This document shows, in pieces, positions 1-9,392 of a stretch of DNA of 64,000 nt. Origin of the DNA: Desulfobaccales bacterium (GTDB taxonomy: Bacteria > Desulfobacterota > Desulfobaccia > Desulfobaccales > 0-14-0-80-60-11). Within the stretch, counting starts at the first letter, position 1, and every line of letters begins with the position of its first letter. A program made the position numbers and the translations under genes. Below the pieces are notes generated by a model. That model was not told where the DNA came from. It was given only the letters and a program-made list of their open reading frames with translations, and ran no database searches. The stretch is from positions 47,167 to 111,166 of the forward strand of contig JBKQLU010000066.1 in NCBI GenBank assembly GCA_052326585.1. The letters run 5' to 3'.

Positions 1-1
1 C

Positions 2-160
2 TACCTGGGGGGCTGGCTGGCGGCCTCTTTGGGCTACGCCACCTTCTTCTTCCTGAGCTTCCTGGCCGCCTGGCCCGCCTTCGCCCTGCTCCCCTGGGTG
101 TTGCCCACGGTGCGGCGGATCGAGGCCGCGGGCCGCGCAGAGTCAGTCAGCAGCAGATAG
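2..160 (+). CDS. C-terminal fragment of an MFS permease (AmpG-like), truncated by the window edge
   Basis: Manual translation: YLGGWLAASLGYATFFFLSFLAAWPAFALLPW...SSR*. Hydrophobic final TM helices of the AmpG/MFS type; stop TAG at 158-160. Confidence 0.6.
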   Translation, partial: YLGGWLAASLGYATFFFLSFLAAWPAFALLPWVLPTVRRIEAAGRAESVSSR

Positions 161-202
161 GGGGACCGCAGGTTTCGCGGGAAAGATGGGCCGCCGCCAC
201 TC

Positions 203-1012
203 TCAGCCAAGCTCGTAAAGCTCAGGCCGGCGATCAGCCAAGACCTTCATCTTGCTTCGGACCTCTTGAACCAGATCCAGATCGATGGCGGCGGTGAGGA
301 GCGCTTCATCCGTTTCGCCGGCCTCCACCACGGTCCTCCCCCAGGGGTCGATGATGACCGAAGCGCCGCAGTAGGTCACCATATTATCAGGACCGAATTC
401 TTCCCGGCCCACCTGGTTGGTGCCAACCACAAACATTTGGTTCTCAATGGCTCGGGCCCGCACCAGAATTTTCCAATGCTCCTGTCTCGGATAAGGAAAG
501 GCCATGGGAGAGAAGACTATCCCGACCCCCTTGAGGGCATAGGTCCGAAAAAGCTCCGGGAAACGAATATCGTAGCACACCGACAGACCGGTCAGACCCC
601 AGGGCGTCGCGGCCAGACCGAGGCTCTTTCCGGCCGCCATATGCTTTTCTTCACCGAGCAGGCTGAAGAGGTGGGTTTTGCGGTAGGTTGCGGTTCTCTC
701 TCCCTTTGGGTTGAATAAGATGGAGGTATTGGCGACCTTCCCCTCTTCGTTGAGGGCGGCCATGGAGCCCGAGATCCAGATACCATGGCCCTTTGCCATA
801 GCGGCGATGCGCTCCAGGGTCTTTTCGTGTTCGGCCGCCATGCGTTCGTTGTCGGCCCAGTTAAAGCCTGTGGTCCACATCTCCGGAAAACAGACCACAT
901 CACTGCCCCGGCGCGCCGCCTCGGCAATCAAGAGCTGGCCTTTACGCAGGTTCACCTCCGGCTGCGCCGTTGCCACTTCAATCTGGGCTAAGGATATTGT
1001 GAGTTTCATCAA
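203..1012 (-). CDS. Carbon-nitrogen hydrolase (nitrilase superfamily; omega-amidase/YafV/MtnU-like)
   Basis: Glu-Lys-Cys triad motifs FPEMW, YRKTHLF, VCYDIRFPE; also ARAIENQ and C-terminal DRRPELY. Confidence 0.92.
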   Translation of the reverse strand: MMKLTISLAQIEVATAQPEVNLRKGQLLIAEAARRGSDVVCFPEMWTTGFNWADNERMAAEHEKTLERIAAMAKGHGIWISGSMAALNEEGKVANTSILFNPKGERTATYRKTHLFSLLGEEKHMAAGKSLGLAATPWGLTGLSVCYDIRFPELFRTYALKGVGIVFSPMAFPYPRQEHWKILVRARAIENQMFVVGTNQVGREEFGPDNMVTYCGASVIIDPWGRTVVEAGETDEALLTAAIDLDLVQEVRSKMKVLADRRPELYELG

Positions 1013-1650
1013 CCGCCTGCCTTATACTTTTCTCTCAAACGCGCCAGCTTCTCCACCTCGGAGGCTGACAAAGGCGACACCGCTCCCTGGAGCCGCGCCG
1101 CCAGGACAACCCGGGCGGTGTGTTCCAGCTTTTCCATCTTATTGTAAGCGTCCATCACATCCCGCCCCAAGGTCATGGCGCCGTGCCGGGATAAGAGGAT
1201 AGCGTCAAATTCCTGGATCAAATCCCGGATGGCCATTGGAACTTCTTCGGTGCCCGGGGTGGCATAGGCCGCGGTGGGAATTCCCTTCAGGGTAATCACC
1301 ACCTCCGGCAAGATGGGTTCCAACAGGGAGATCCCCGCCAGGGTGCAGGCGGTGGCATAGGGGAGGTGGGCGTGCACCACGGCCCCGGCCTCCGGCCGCA
1401 ACTCATAAACCAGCAGGTGCATGCGGAGTTCCGAGGTGGGCCGTCCCGTCCCGGCCAGCAATCGGCCTTCCAGGTCCACGGTGATCACCTGGTCCTCCGC
1501 CAGCATTCCCTTGTTCACCCCGCTGGGGGTGAGGAGCACCCGGTCCCCCAGACGCACACTGACATTGCCGTCGGTGGCCGCCAGGTAATTTTTTTGGTGC
1601 AACATGCGGCAGACCCGAACAATTTCCTGCCTTAGCTGAGCTTGGCGCAT
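1009..1650 (-). CDS. Class II aldolase/adducin family protein (FucA/MtnB/Ald2-like)
   Basis: GNVSVR, TPSG, PTSELRMH, AVVHAH and LLSRHG zinc-binding motifs. Confidence 0.9.
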   Translation of the reverse strand: MRQAQLRQEIVRVCRMLHQKNYLAATDGNVSVRLGDRVLLTPSGVNKGMLAEDQVITVDLEGRLLAGTGRPTSELRMHLLVYELRPEAGAVVHAHLPYATACTLAGISLLEPILPEVVITLKGIPTAAYATPGTEEVPMAIRDLIQEFDAILLSRHGAMTLGRDVMDAYNKMEKLEHTARVVLAARLQGAVSPLSASEVEKLARLREKYKAGG

Positions 1651-1674
1651 CGTGGTCGGTCCTGTCCGGAAAAA

Positions 1675-2538
1675 TTAAGCGGGCCCCGAGAGGGCTCTCT
1701 CGATCTTGGCCAGATTGGCCCGGGCCTCATCAGGCCGGGTCTGCTGCAGCAGGGTGGCCAGGCTGTCGATGATGGAGATCTGGCTGGGAAAGGCGGCCAG
1801 GCTGTCCGGGACCGCGGTCATCTCCCGGACCGCGGTCACCAGCGCCAGATCCGCCACCCGGCATAGGGGAGCCAAAGGGTTGCTGGTGACGGCCAGGACC
1901 CGGGCCCCGCTCTCTTTGACCACCTGGGCCGCGGCCAGGATTCCCTGGGTACTACCCGAGTGGGAGATGGCCAGCAGGGCGTCCTCCCTCTCCAACAGGG
2001 CCGCGCCAACGGCCATCTGATAGCTCTCGGTAAAGCAGCGCAGGTCCAGCCCCAGGGGAGCGAAGCGAATGGCGGCATATTGCGCCGCCAGTCCCGAGCC
2101 TCGCAGGCCGCCAATGATCAGCCGCCGGCAGTTTCCCAGGAGTTCTCCGGCCTGGAGCAACTGCTGCATCTCCAAAATTTCCAAGGTTTCCTCCAGGGCG
2201 GTGAGGTTGACCTTGAAGATCCAACGCACCAGGGTGGCGGGACCCGCGTCTTTCCGCGGCCGCGGTGACGGCGTCACCAGTTCCCGGGCCAGGGCGATCT
2301 TGAAACCTTGAAAACCCTTAAAACCCAGGGCGCGGCAGAAGCGCATGACGGTGGCCTCGCTGACCCCGGCGGCCGCCGCCACTTCATTGACCGTGGCATA
2401 GATGGCCATTTCCGGCTGCCCCAGGATCAGGTTCGCCACTTTCTGCAAGGCCGCTTTCAGGGAAGGATAAACCCCTCGCAGGCGGATCAAGGCGCCGCCC
2501 TGAAGGTCCCGGCCCCTATCCCCCAGTGTGGGTGCCAT
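1675..2538 (-). CDS. RpiR/MurR family transcriptional regulator (HTH + SIS)
   Basis: VSEATVMRFCRALGFKGF HTH and ISHSGST SIS motif. Confidence 0.92.
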   Translation of the reverse strand: MAPTLGDRGRDLQGGALIRLRGVYPSLKAALQKVANLILGQPEMAIYATVNEVAAAAGVSEATVMRFCRALGFKGFQGFKIALARELVTPSPRPRKDAGPATLVRWIFKVNLTALEETLEILEMQQLLQAGELLGNCRRLIIGGLRGSGLAAQYAAIRFAPLGLDLRCFTESYQMAVGAALLEREDALLAISHSGSTQGILAAAQVVKESGARVLAVTSNPLAPLCRVADLALVTAVREMTAVPDSLAAFPSQISIIDSLATLLQQTRPDEARANLAKIERALSGPA

Positions 2539-2654
2539 GGGCAGGTCTCCTTTGGGAATCTAGACCAGTATAATACAATATATTTTATATTTTTTAGCCA
2601 TCATTTCCACGGCCATCTTCCCCCGCACGCGCATTTTTACGGCGGCGGCCCTCC

Positions 2655-4136
2655 CTACTCCAGCAAGCGGCGCACCAGCCTGAGGGCCTCTTCCCGGGTG
2701 CGCACCATTCCTTCCCACTGGGCCTCCTGCACCGCGGTCAACAGGTGCCGGAAGCGAGGGCCAGGTTCCAGGTGAAATTCCCGGATCAGGTCGTCACCGC
2801 CAAGCAGCCGGGGCAGGGATTCCTGGGGTTCCAGCTTCTCCTTGAGGAAACGCAGGGCCTCATCCGCCAGTTCGGCCAACACCGCCTCGGAATCCGAGGG
2901 TTTCATCTCTCCCTGACCCGCCAGGCTGTCGGCCATGGCCAGGGCAAAGAGGCCGGGCAACTCGGGGCGCGCCGCCCGCACCATCCGTCCCAGGGCCCGG
3001 AAACTCAGTTCCCGCTGCCGAAAGGCGGGGAGCAGCAGAAAAGGGCGCATATGCAGGCCGATAAGGGTGTTCACCGTCTGCGCTTCCGCGGCGCTCAGAC
3101 GCAGCCTCTGGGCCACCCCGGCAAAGATCTCCGTCCCCAGCTTCTCATGAAAATAGAAGGTATAACGGTCCGGATCGCGGCGTCGCTCCTGGACCCCGGG
3201 TTTACCGGCGTCATGGAACAGGGCCGCCAGCTTGACCAGGGCCGGCCAGGGCGGCGCCCCGGCCGCGGCCACCGCCACCGCCATTTCCCCAAAGTGCCGC
3301 CCAGGCTCCGCCAGCACCCCCTCCAGGTGCAGCACCGTAGCCAGAGAGTGCTGAAACACGTCCAGGTGGTGATAACCACTCTGATCCACCCCTTTCAGCT
3401 CTTCCAGCTCTGGAAAAATCCGGGTGAGGAGGCCGGCTCGATCCATCCGGGCCAGGATGGGGGCGGCCCGGGGCGCTCCCAGCAGGATAAACAGCTCCTG
3501 GTGAACCCGCTCCCCGGCAACCCGAGAGAATTCCTGTACCAGTCCGGCGATGGCGGCCTCGGTCTCCGGCGTCAGCTCCAGGCCGTGGGTGGCGGCAAAC
3601 CGGTAAGCCCGCAGCAGCCGCAACGGATCCGCAGCCAGATTCTGCGCCGCTACCATCCGGATCAGCCCCCGGGACAAATCCTCCAGGCCTCCCAGGGGAT
3701 CGAGGACCATAAGGGACGCCCGGCCCACGATGGCGTCCAGGTCCAGGGCCACCGCATTGATGGTGAAATCCCGGCCCCTCAGATCCCCTTCCAGTCCGGG
3801 GGCCCGGAACTCGGCCAGGTCCAGGATCTCTCCCCGGCAGACCACCCGGGCGGTGCGCTCTCCTTCGTCCAGGAGCACAAAGGTCCCGTCCAGGGCGCCG
3901 GCCAGCTCCCGGGCCAGTTCCAGGGTTTGCCCCGAGACCGCCAGGTCAAGATCCGGCGCGGTCCGCCCCAGGGCCAACTCCCGCACCGACCCCCCCACCA
4001 GATAGACCTTGGCCTTCCGGGCCGCCGCCAGCTCCTGCAACACTCGCAAAGAGCGCTGCCCTGCCAGCCGGTGGGCGCCCGTTAGAAGCTCTTGGCGAAG
4101 GGCATTGACGGTATTCTCAGACATCCTGAACCACAA
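2655..4136 (-). CDS. tRNA nucleotidyltransferase with HD domain (probably CC-adding type)
   Basis: LVGGSVR..DLDLA, RDFTINA, DPLRLLRAYRF and LFHDAGK (HD); flexible loop before RDFT is absent. Confidence 0.88.
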   Translation of the reverse strand: MWFRMSENTVNALRQELLTGAHRLAGQRSLRVLQELAAARKAKVYLVGGSVRELALGRTAPDLDLAVSGQTLELARELAGALDGTFVLLDEGERTARVVCRGEILDLAEFRAPGLEGDLRGRDFTINAVALDLDAIVGRASLMVLDPLGGLEDLSRGLIRMVAAQNLAADPLRLLRAYRFAATHGLELTPETEAAIAGLVQEFSRVAGERVHQELFILLGAPRAAPILARMDRAGLLTRIFPELEELKGVDQSGYHHLDVFQHSLATVLHLEGVLAEPGRHFGEMAVAVAAAGAPPWPALVKLAALFHDAGKPGVQERRRDPDRYTFYFHEKLGTEIFAGVAQRLRLSAAEAQTVNTLIGLHMRPFLLLPAFRQRELSFRALGRMVRAARPELPGLFALAMADSLAGQGEMKPSDSEAVLAELADEALRFLKEKLEPQESLPRLLGGDDLIREFHLEPGPRFRHLLTAVQEAQWEGMVRTREEALRLVRRLLE

Positions 4137-4358
4137 TCACCTGGTCAGAGAGACGAGTCCCGGCGGTTTAAACCCCAGCCGGCCGGGAATTCACTATCCG
4201 GCCCAGCCAGTTTTGTTTACCACATATTTAAAGATAATCATTTCATTATCCCGGCGGCAGCGCAAATTTAGGTTATATTTATATAATATCCCTGTGAGTG
4301 GCAGCGCCACCTTACATTCAGGGTCACAGGCCTACCCGATATATCTTTGGAGCATCTT

Positions 4359-5399
4359 ATGGAAGAGCAAGTGCGACGCACTTTGAATCTCATCTCAGGG
4401 GAGGACCTGGCCGCTAGTCTCCCTCCCGGCACTCAGGCCGGCCCCGGGGAGGGCTCGGACCTGGAACTCCTGGACGCTTACTCCCGGGCCATCGTCAAGG
4501 TAGTGGAGGAGGTGGGTCCCGCGGTGGTGGGCATCACCACCGGCAGCCCGTCGCCCAGGCAGGCGGCAGAGCAGGCCGGGGCCGGTTCGGGGGTCCTCAT
4601 CGCCCCGGATGGCTATATACTCACCAACGACCACGTGGTGGCCCAGGCCCGGGTACTCCAGGCCACCCTGGAAGACGGCCGCACCCTGGCCGGCGAGATC
4701 GTCGGCACCGACCCCGCTACCGACCTGGCGGTGATTCGGGTGAATGCCGCGGGTCTGCCCTTTGCCAGCCTGGGAGACTCCGCGGCCCTGCGGGTGGGCC
4801 AGGTGGTCATCGCCATCGGCAACCCCTTCGGCTTCCAGTCCACCGTCTCCACCGGGGTGGTGAGCGCCCTGGGCCGGGCCATGCGGAGCCGCGCCGGCCG
4901 CCTCATCGAGAATATTATCCAACACTCCGCACCCCTTAACCCGGGCAACTCCGGCGGGCCTTTGGTAGATTCCCGGGGCCGGGTGGTGGGGATCAATACC
5001 GCCATCATTATGATGGCCCAGGGCATCGGGTTCTCCATCCCGGCCAACACCGGCAAGTGGGTGGTGTCCCAACTGCTCATCCACGGCCGGGTGCGCCGGG
5101 GCTACCTGGGACTGGTGGCCCGGCAGCGGCCCCTGGAGCGCCGGCTGGTGCGCTTTCACCGCCTGAGCGCCGAATCCGTGGTGGAGGCCATCTCGGTGGA
5201 CCCGCAAGGCCCCGCGGCCCAGGCCGGTTTCCGGGAAGGCGACCTCGTCGTCTCCATCAACGGCCAGCCTTTGATCAGCGTAGACGACCTGCACCGGTTC
5301 CTGGCCGAGTGGCCCATCGGCGAGCCGGTGACCCTCATGGTCATCCGGGGTCTGGAACGCCTGGAACTGCGGGTGCGGCCCCGGGAGGCCAAGGCCTGA
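4359..5399 (+). CDS. HtrA/DegP-family trypsin-like serine protease with one PDZ domain; no obvious signal peptide
   Basis: TNDHVV, DLAVI and GNSGGPL catalytic triad; C-terminal PDZ; GGAG RBS before ATG 4359. Confidence 0.9.
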   Translation: MEEQVRRTLNLISGEDLAASLPPGTQAGPGEGSDLELLDAYSRAIVKVVEEVGPAVVGITTGSPSPRQAAEQAGAGSGVLIAPDGYILTNDHVVAQARVLQATLEDGRTLAGEIVGTDPATDLAVIRVNAAGLPFASLGDSAALRVGQVVIAIGNPFGFQSTVSTGVVSALGRAMRSRAGRLIENIIQHSAPLNPGNSGGPLVDSRGRVVGINTAIIMMAQGIGFSIPANTGKWVVSQLLIHGRVRRGYLGLVARQRPLERRLVRFHRLSAESVVEAISVDPQGPAAQAGFREGDLVVSINGQPLISVDDLHRFLAEWPIGEPVTLMVIRGLERLELRVRPREAKA

Positions 5400-5534
5400 G
5401 CAAGCTGAACTGGGCCGCCCTCGCAGGCAGGACCACGGTTTCTCATTGTCTTTTGCGCTCGAGATCAAGTAAGATCAAACCAGATCTTTTGTTGGGCATC
5501 ACCAATCTCAGCTCCTGAAGGACGCCATCACCCC

Positions 5535-6902
5535 ATGTCCCGGGCCGGAAGACCGGTGTTTGTCTGCCAACAGTGCGGCCACCAGGCGGCCAAATGGCTG
5601 GGGCGCTGCCCCGAGTGTGGCGCCTGGAGCTCCATGGCCGAAGAGGATATACCCCCGGTGGCTCCCGGCCTGGTGCAACTGCCGCCCCGGCGCGGCCAGC
5701 CCCTGCCCCTGCTGAACCTGCAGGCGCCCCCGGAGGTACGCCGGACTTCCGGCATCCAGGAGTTCGACCGCACCCTGGGAGGCGCGGTAGTCCAAGGTTC
5801 CGCGGTGCTGCTGGGGGGCGACCCGGGGATCGGAAAATCGACCCTGATCCTCCAGGTCATGGATCGGCTCAGCCGGGGAGGCCTGGTGGGCCTCTACATT
5901 TCCGGGGAAGAGTCCGAAGCCCAGCTCAAACTCCGGGCCAATCGCCTGGACCTCAGCTCGAGCGACCTCTTGGTGGCCACCGAGACCTGCCTGGAAAACA
6001 TCCTCAAGATAGTGGAAGAGGTCCGGCCCGCCTTCCTGGCCCTGGATTCCATCCAGACCATCTACACCGCCACTATCCCCGCGGCCCCCGGCTCCCTGAA
6101 CCAGGTGCGGGAGACGGCCTTTCGGCTGGTGCAGCAGGCCAAACTCACCGGGGTGGCCACCTTTCTCATCGGCCATGTCACCAAAGAAGGCGCCATCGCC
6201 GGCCCCATGACCCTGGAGCACATGGTGGACACGGTCCTCTACCTGGAAGGGGACCGCAGCCACGCCTTCCGGCTGCTGCGCACCGTCAAGAACCGCTTCG
6301 GCCCCACCCAGGAACTGGGGGTCTTTGAGATGCAGGAGGCCGGCCTCCTGGAGGTGGACAACCCCTCGGGCCTCTTCATGGCGGAGCGTTCCCTGGAGGT
6401 CCCCGGCGCCGCCGTGGTCCCCAGTCTCGAAGGCTCCCGCCCCATCCTGGTGGAGGTCCAGGCCCTGGTGTCCCCCTCCTCCCTGGCCCTGCCCCGCCGC
6501 CAGAGTATGGGGGTGGACCCGGGGAGGGTGTCGCTGCTGGTAGCCATCCTCGAAAAGCGGGTGGGACTGGGCTTGAGCGGCCAGGACCTCTACGTCAACG
6601 TGGCGGGCGGCGTCCGCCTCACCGAACCGGCCTCGGACCTGGGGGTCTCCCTGGCCGTGGCCTCCTCCTTTCTGGAGCGGGCCCTGCCCGCGGACACCCT
6701 GATCTTCGGAGAAGTGGGCCTCACCGGCGAGGTCCGGGCGGTGAGCGCCCCGGAAGTGCGCCTCAAGGAAGGCGCCAAATTGGGGTTCCGTAGGGCCCTC
6801 CTGGCCCTGCGCCAGAAAGAGCACCTGGGGGACTACCCCGGGCTGGAACTCCTGGGGGTGGAGACCCTGGCCGCGGCCATCCGCAGCCTGTTTCCCAAGT
6901 GA
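5535..6902 (+). CDS. radA: DNA repair protein RadA/Sms
   Basis: CQQCG..CPECG zinc finger, GGDPGIGKST Walker A, KNRFG motif, Lon-like C-terminus. Confidence 0.97.
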   Translation: MSRAGRPVFVCQQCGHQAAKWLGRCPECGAWSSMAEEDIPPVAPGLVQLPPRRGQPLPLLNLQAPPEVRRTSGIQEFDRTLGGAVVQGSAVLLGGDPGIGKSTLILQVMDRLSRGGLVGLYISGEESEAQLKLRANRLDLSSSDLLVATETCLENILKIVEEVRPAFLALDSIQTIYTATIPAAPGSLNQVRETAFRLVQQAKLTGVATFLIGHVTKEGAIAGPMTLEHMVDTVLYLEGDRSHAFRLLRTVKNRFGPTQELGVFEMQEAGLLEVDNPSGLFMAERSLEVPGAAVVPSLEGSRPILVEVQALVSPSSLALPRRQSMGVDPGRVSLLVAILEKRVGLGLSGQDLYVNVAGGVRLTEPASDLGVSLAVASSFLERALPADTLIFGEVGLTGEVRAVSAPEVRLKEGAKLGFRRALLALRQKEHLGDYPGLELLGVETLAAAIRSLFPK

Positions 6903-6984
6903 TCAGAGAAATTTTTGGCGGCAGGCCCCGGAATTTCATCACGGCCCAGAGGCCCATCCCGACCCGGATAGGTTATTGGTTACA

Positions 6985-7116
6985 GTGGCAAAGGCTTCCA
7001 GCCTGTGACCCGGTCGCCCTGAAAAGACCAAATATTTTGTTCGCATAAGGCGGCGGGCACAGCCCGCCCTAGAAGCGGTTAGAAGAAGGGATTTGATAGG
7101 GCGGCCTGTGGCCGCC
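6985..7116. repeat. REP-like palindrome cluster: one GTGGCA-type unit plus an inverted TAGGGCGG-type pair
   Basis: GTGGCAAAGGCTTCCAGCCTGTG at 6985-7007. TAAGGCGGCGGGCACAGCCCGCCCTA-N24-ATAGGGCGGCCTGTGGCCGCC at 7046-7116 recurs at 36446-36516. Confidence 0.8.
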
Positions 7117-7179
7117 GAGCATCGGCTTCACTTGAAGGCAACCCCCGGAGACCAACAGAAGAATCGAGGAGCGATCGCC

Positions 7180-7425
7180 ATGACCGATATGAAAAGCGAG
7201 ATTCAGAAGGCCTTTGACATGGTGGACCGGCGGCAGAACGACGCCGCCTTGCAGGTCATCGAAGCAATCCTGGCGAGTCTTTCGCCGCCCAACCGGGTGG
7301 AGATTCCCGCGGCCCGGCCCACCATCTACGACTGGCTGCAAAAGGCCAGACGAAGCCTGGCCGGAGAACCCGAGATCGTGCCTCCCAAGGCCGCCCTGGG
7401 GAGCGCCCTGGCCCTGGTGCATTAA
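7180..7425 (+). CDS. Hypothetical protein (81 aa)
   Basis: GAGGAG RBS before ATG 7180; fills the intergenic gap; no recognised motif. Confidence 0.65.
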   Translation: MTDMKSEIQKAFDMVDRRQNDAALQVIEAILASLSPPNRVEIPAARPTIYDWLQKARRSLAGEPEIVPPKAALGSALALVH

Positions 7426-7451
7426 CCAGAGCGGCTCTCAGGCGCCGGCCC

Positions 7452-8093
7452 TTAAATTCCCTCCCCCCGACAGGGGGGCGGGAAGATCTTGTCGAGGCCG
7501 TGCTTCTCAAACCCCGCACCGTGGTCATTGCTCCCCTGCCCCTGGACCTCCTGGACTTCCTGCCATATCAGCCGGGCTGCCGCCGGGATGGCCTTAGCCA
7601 CCGCCGCAGAAAGTCTTTGTCCGATGCCAAAGTCCTGGGCCTCGATGCCATAGACCACCAGAAAAGGCGGTAATTGCCGGAGCGCCTGCCCCAAGGCCAC
7701 GGCCTGGGCGATACCCCAGGCGTGGGTGGAGGCGGCCGGAAATAGCTCTGCCGGCAAGGCGGCCTCATGCACCGGGAAGCGGTAAATCTTGCCGGGCGGA
7801 CCGCCGCCCCGGACGGCGTCGGCCAGGATAACGGCGCCGGCCCCATCCCAGGCAGCCAGCAAATCGCTAATCGAGCCGGAGGTCTCCAAAACTGCCACCT
7901 GGGACCGATCTGGCTCAAAAAAAGCCGCATCTGTTGCAGTGGCGCGCCCTCCCGGGGCTGGAGCCGCCGGCCCGCCCCTACAGGCGCGAGTTGGTTTCAA
8001 AAGTCGGGCCACCAGGAGCCCGGCCGCGTCGTCGCTGCGCCACTCCTGGCCGACGCCGATGATCCGCAGTTGAAAATTCTGGGGAAAGGCCAC
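7452..8093 (-). CDS. Hydrogenase maturation protease (HycI/HyaD family) with a ~25-aa insertion
   Basis: IIGVGQEWRSDDAAG, ILADAV and STH motifs; follows the hydrogenase large subunit. Confidence 0.88.
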   Translation of the reverse strand: MAFPQNFQLRIIGVGQEWRSDDAAGLLVARLLKPTRACRGGPAAPAPGGRATATDAAFFEPDRSQVAVLETSGSISDLLAAWDGAGAVILADAVRGGGPPGKIYRFPVHEAALPAELFPAASTHAWGIAQAVALGQALRQLPPFLVVYGIEAQDFGIGQRLSAAVAKAIPAAARLIWQEVQEVQGQGSNDHGAGFEKHGLDKIFPPPCRGEGI

Positions 8094-8102
8094 CGCGATC
8101 CT

Positions 8103-9392
8103 TTATTGCCGCTCCAGACGGATTTTCAAAAAATGGGTGGCGCAGGAGATGCAAGGGTCGTAGTTGCGCACCAACTGTTCGCACTGCCAGGTGAGTTGGT
8201 CGTCAGGTAAATCGAGCCGCGGTTCTACGAACCTCCAGAGGTCCTGTTCGATGATCTTCAAGTTTTGGGAGGTGGGCGGCACGATCTTGGCCTTCAGGAT
8301 GGCCCCGGAGCCGTCCAGGCGATAGCGGTGGTAAAGGAGGCCCCGGGGCGCCTCGGTAGCAGCGCAGCCTACCCCGGAGCGGGGCTCCACGGTAATTGCC
8401 GGTTGATCAGGCCGTTCGTAGGCCGCGATGATCCTTAGGGCCTCATCCACCGCGTAAACGGTTTCCACCGCCCGCACGATGATGCTCTGGAAGGGGTTGC
8501 GGCAATCCCGGCTCAAACCGGCCTCCGCAGCGGCTTCTTGGGCCAGGGGCGAGAGACGGTCGTAATTCAGATGGTAGCGGGCCAGGGGGCCGACAAAATA
8601 GGGACCATGGCCCTGACGCCGCGAGCGCAGGGCGTTGGAATAAGGGACCTGCTCCTCGGCAAAGTGGGCATCATAGTCCTGGACCGCAATATCCAGGCCC
8701 TTATTGGAGACCAGCCGTCCTTCGTTTAAGGGGTATTCCGCGGCATGACGCAGGGAGACGAATTCATAATCCTGCTCAAACTCCGGCATGGGGAGGGCCG
8801 CCACCCAGCGCACCGTCTTCAGGGCCGCGTCCCGGGCCCACTTGAGTTCCTCCGCCAGCGGGGCCAGTTCCGCCTTGGTGGGCACCCGGTAGAAGCCCCC
8901 CACCCTGACGTTGATGGGATGGATCTCCCGGCCACCCACCTGAGTGACCACCGCGTTGCCGATCTTTTTGAGCCGGAGCCCCATCTTGACCACATCCGGG
9001 TGGTCCTGGGCCAGCCGAATGGCGTCCTGGTAGCCCAGGAAATCCGGGGCATGCAGCAGGAAGATGTGGAGGGCGTGGGATTCGATCCACTCGCCGCAAT
9101 AAAGGAGGCGGCGCAGGTCCCTCAGGGGGCCGGTGACCTTCAGCCCCATGGCGTTCTCCATGGCGTGCGCCGCGCTCATCTGGTAGGCCACCGGGCAGAT
9201 GCCGCAGATGCGGGCGGTGATATCCGGGGCTTCGTCGAACTGGCGGCCTCTTAAGAAGGCCTCGAAAAACCGGGGCGGCTCGAAGATCTTCAGCTTGACT
9301 TCGGCCACGGCGCCGCCCTTGACCCGGAGGTACAGGCCACCTTCGCCCTCCACCCGGGTCAGGATATCGACCTTGATGGTTCTACTTTTCAT
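8103..9392 (-). CDS. Group 3b [NiFe] hydrogenase large (alpha) subunit
   Basis: TRVEGEG, L1 RICGICP, EAPRG, L2 [10 protein letters not shown] plus a short cleavable tail; start MKSRTIKV at 9392. Confidence 0.95.
   Translation of the reverse strand: MKSRTIKVDILTRVEGEGGLYLRVKGGAVAEVKLKIFEPPRFFEAFLRGRQFDEAPDITARICGICPVAYQMSAAHAMENAMGLKVTGPLRDLRRLLYCGEWIESHALHIFLLHAPDFLGYQDAIRLAQDHPDVVKMGLRLKKIGNAVVTQVGGREIHPINVRVGGFYRVPTKAELAPLAEELKWARDAALKTVRWVAALPMPEFEQDYEFVSLRHAAEYPLNEGRLVSNKGLDIAVQDYDAHFAEEQVPYSNALRSRRQGHGPYFVGPLARYHLNYDRLSPLAQEAAAEAGLSRDCRNPFQSIIVRAVETVYAVDEALRIIAAYERPDQPAITVEPRSGVGCAATEAPRGLLYHRYRLDGSGAILKAKIVPPTSQNLKIIEQDLWRFVEPRLDLPDDQLTWQCEQLVRNYDPCISCATHFLKIRLERQ

Noticed and set aside
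6985-7116. Possible CRISPR-like repeat-spacer structure
   Set aside because: The arms are inverted, there are only two per locus, copies are dispersed and there are no cas genes; REP-like instead.
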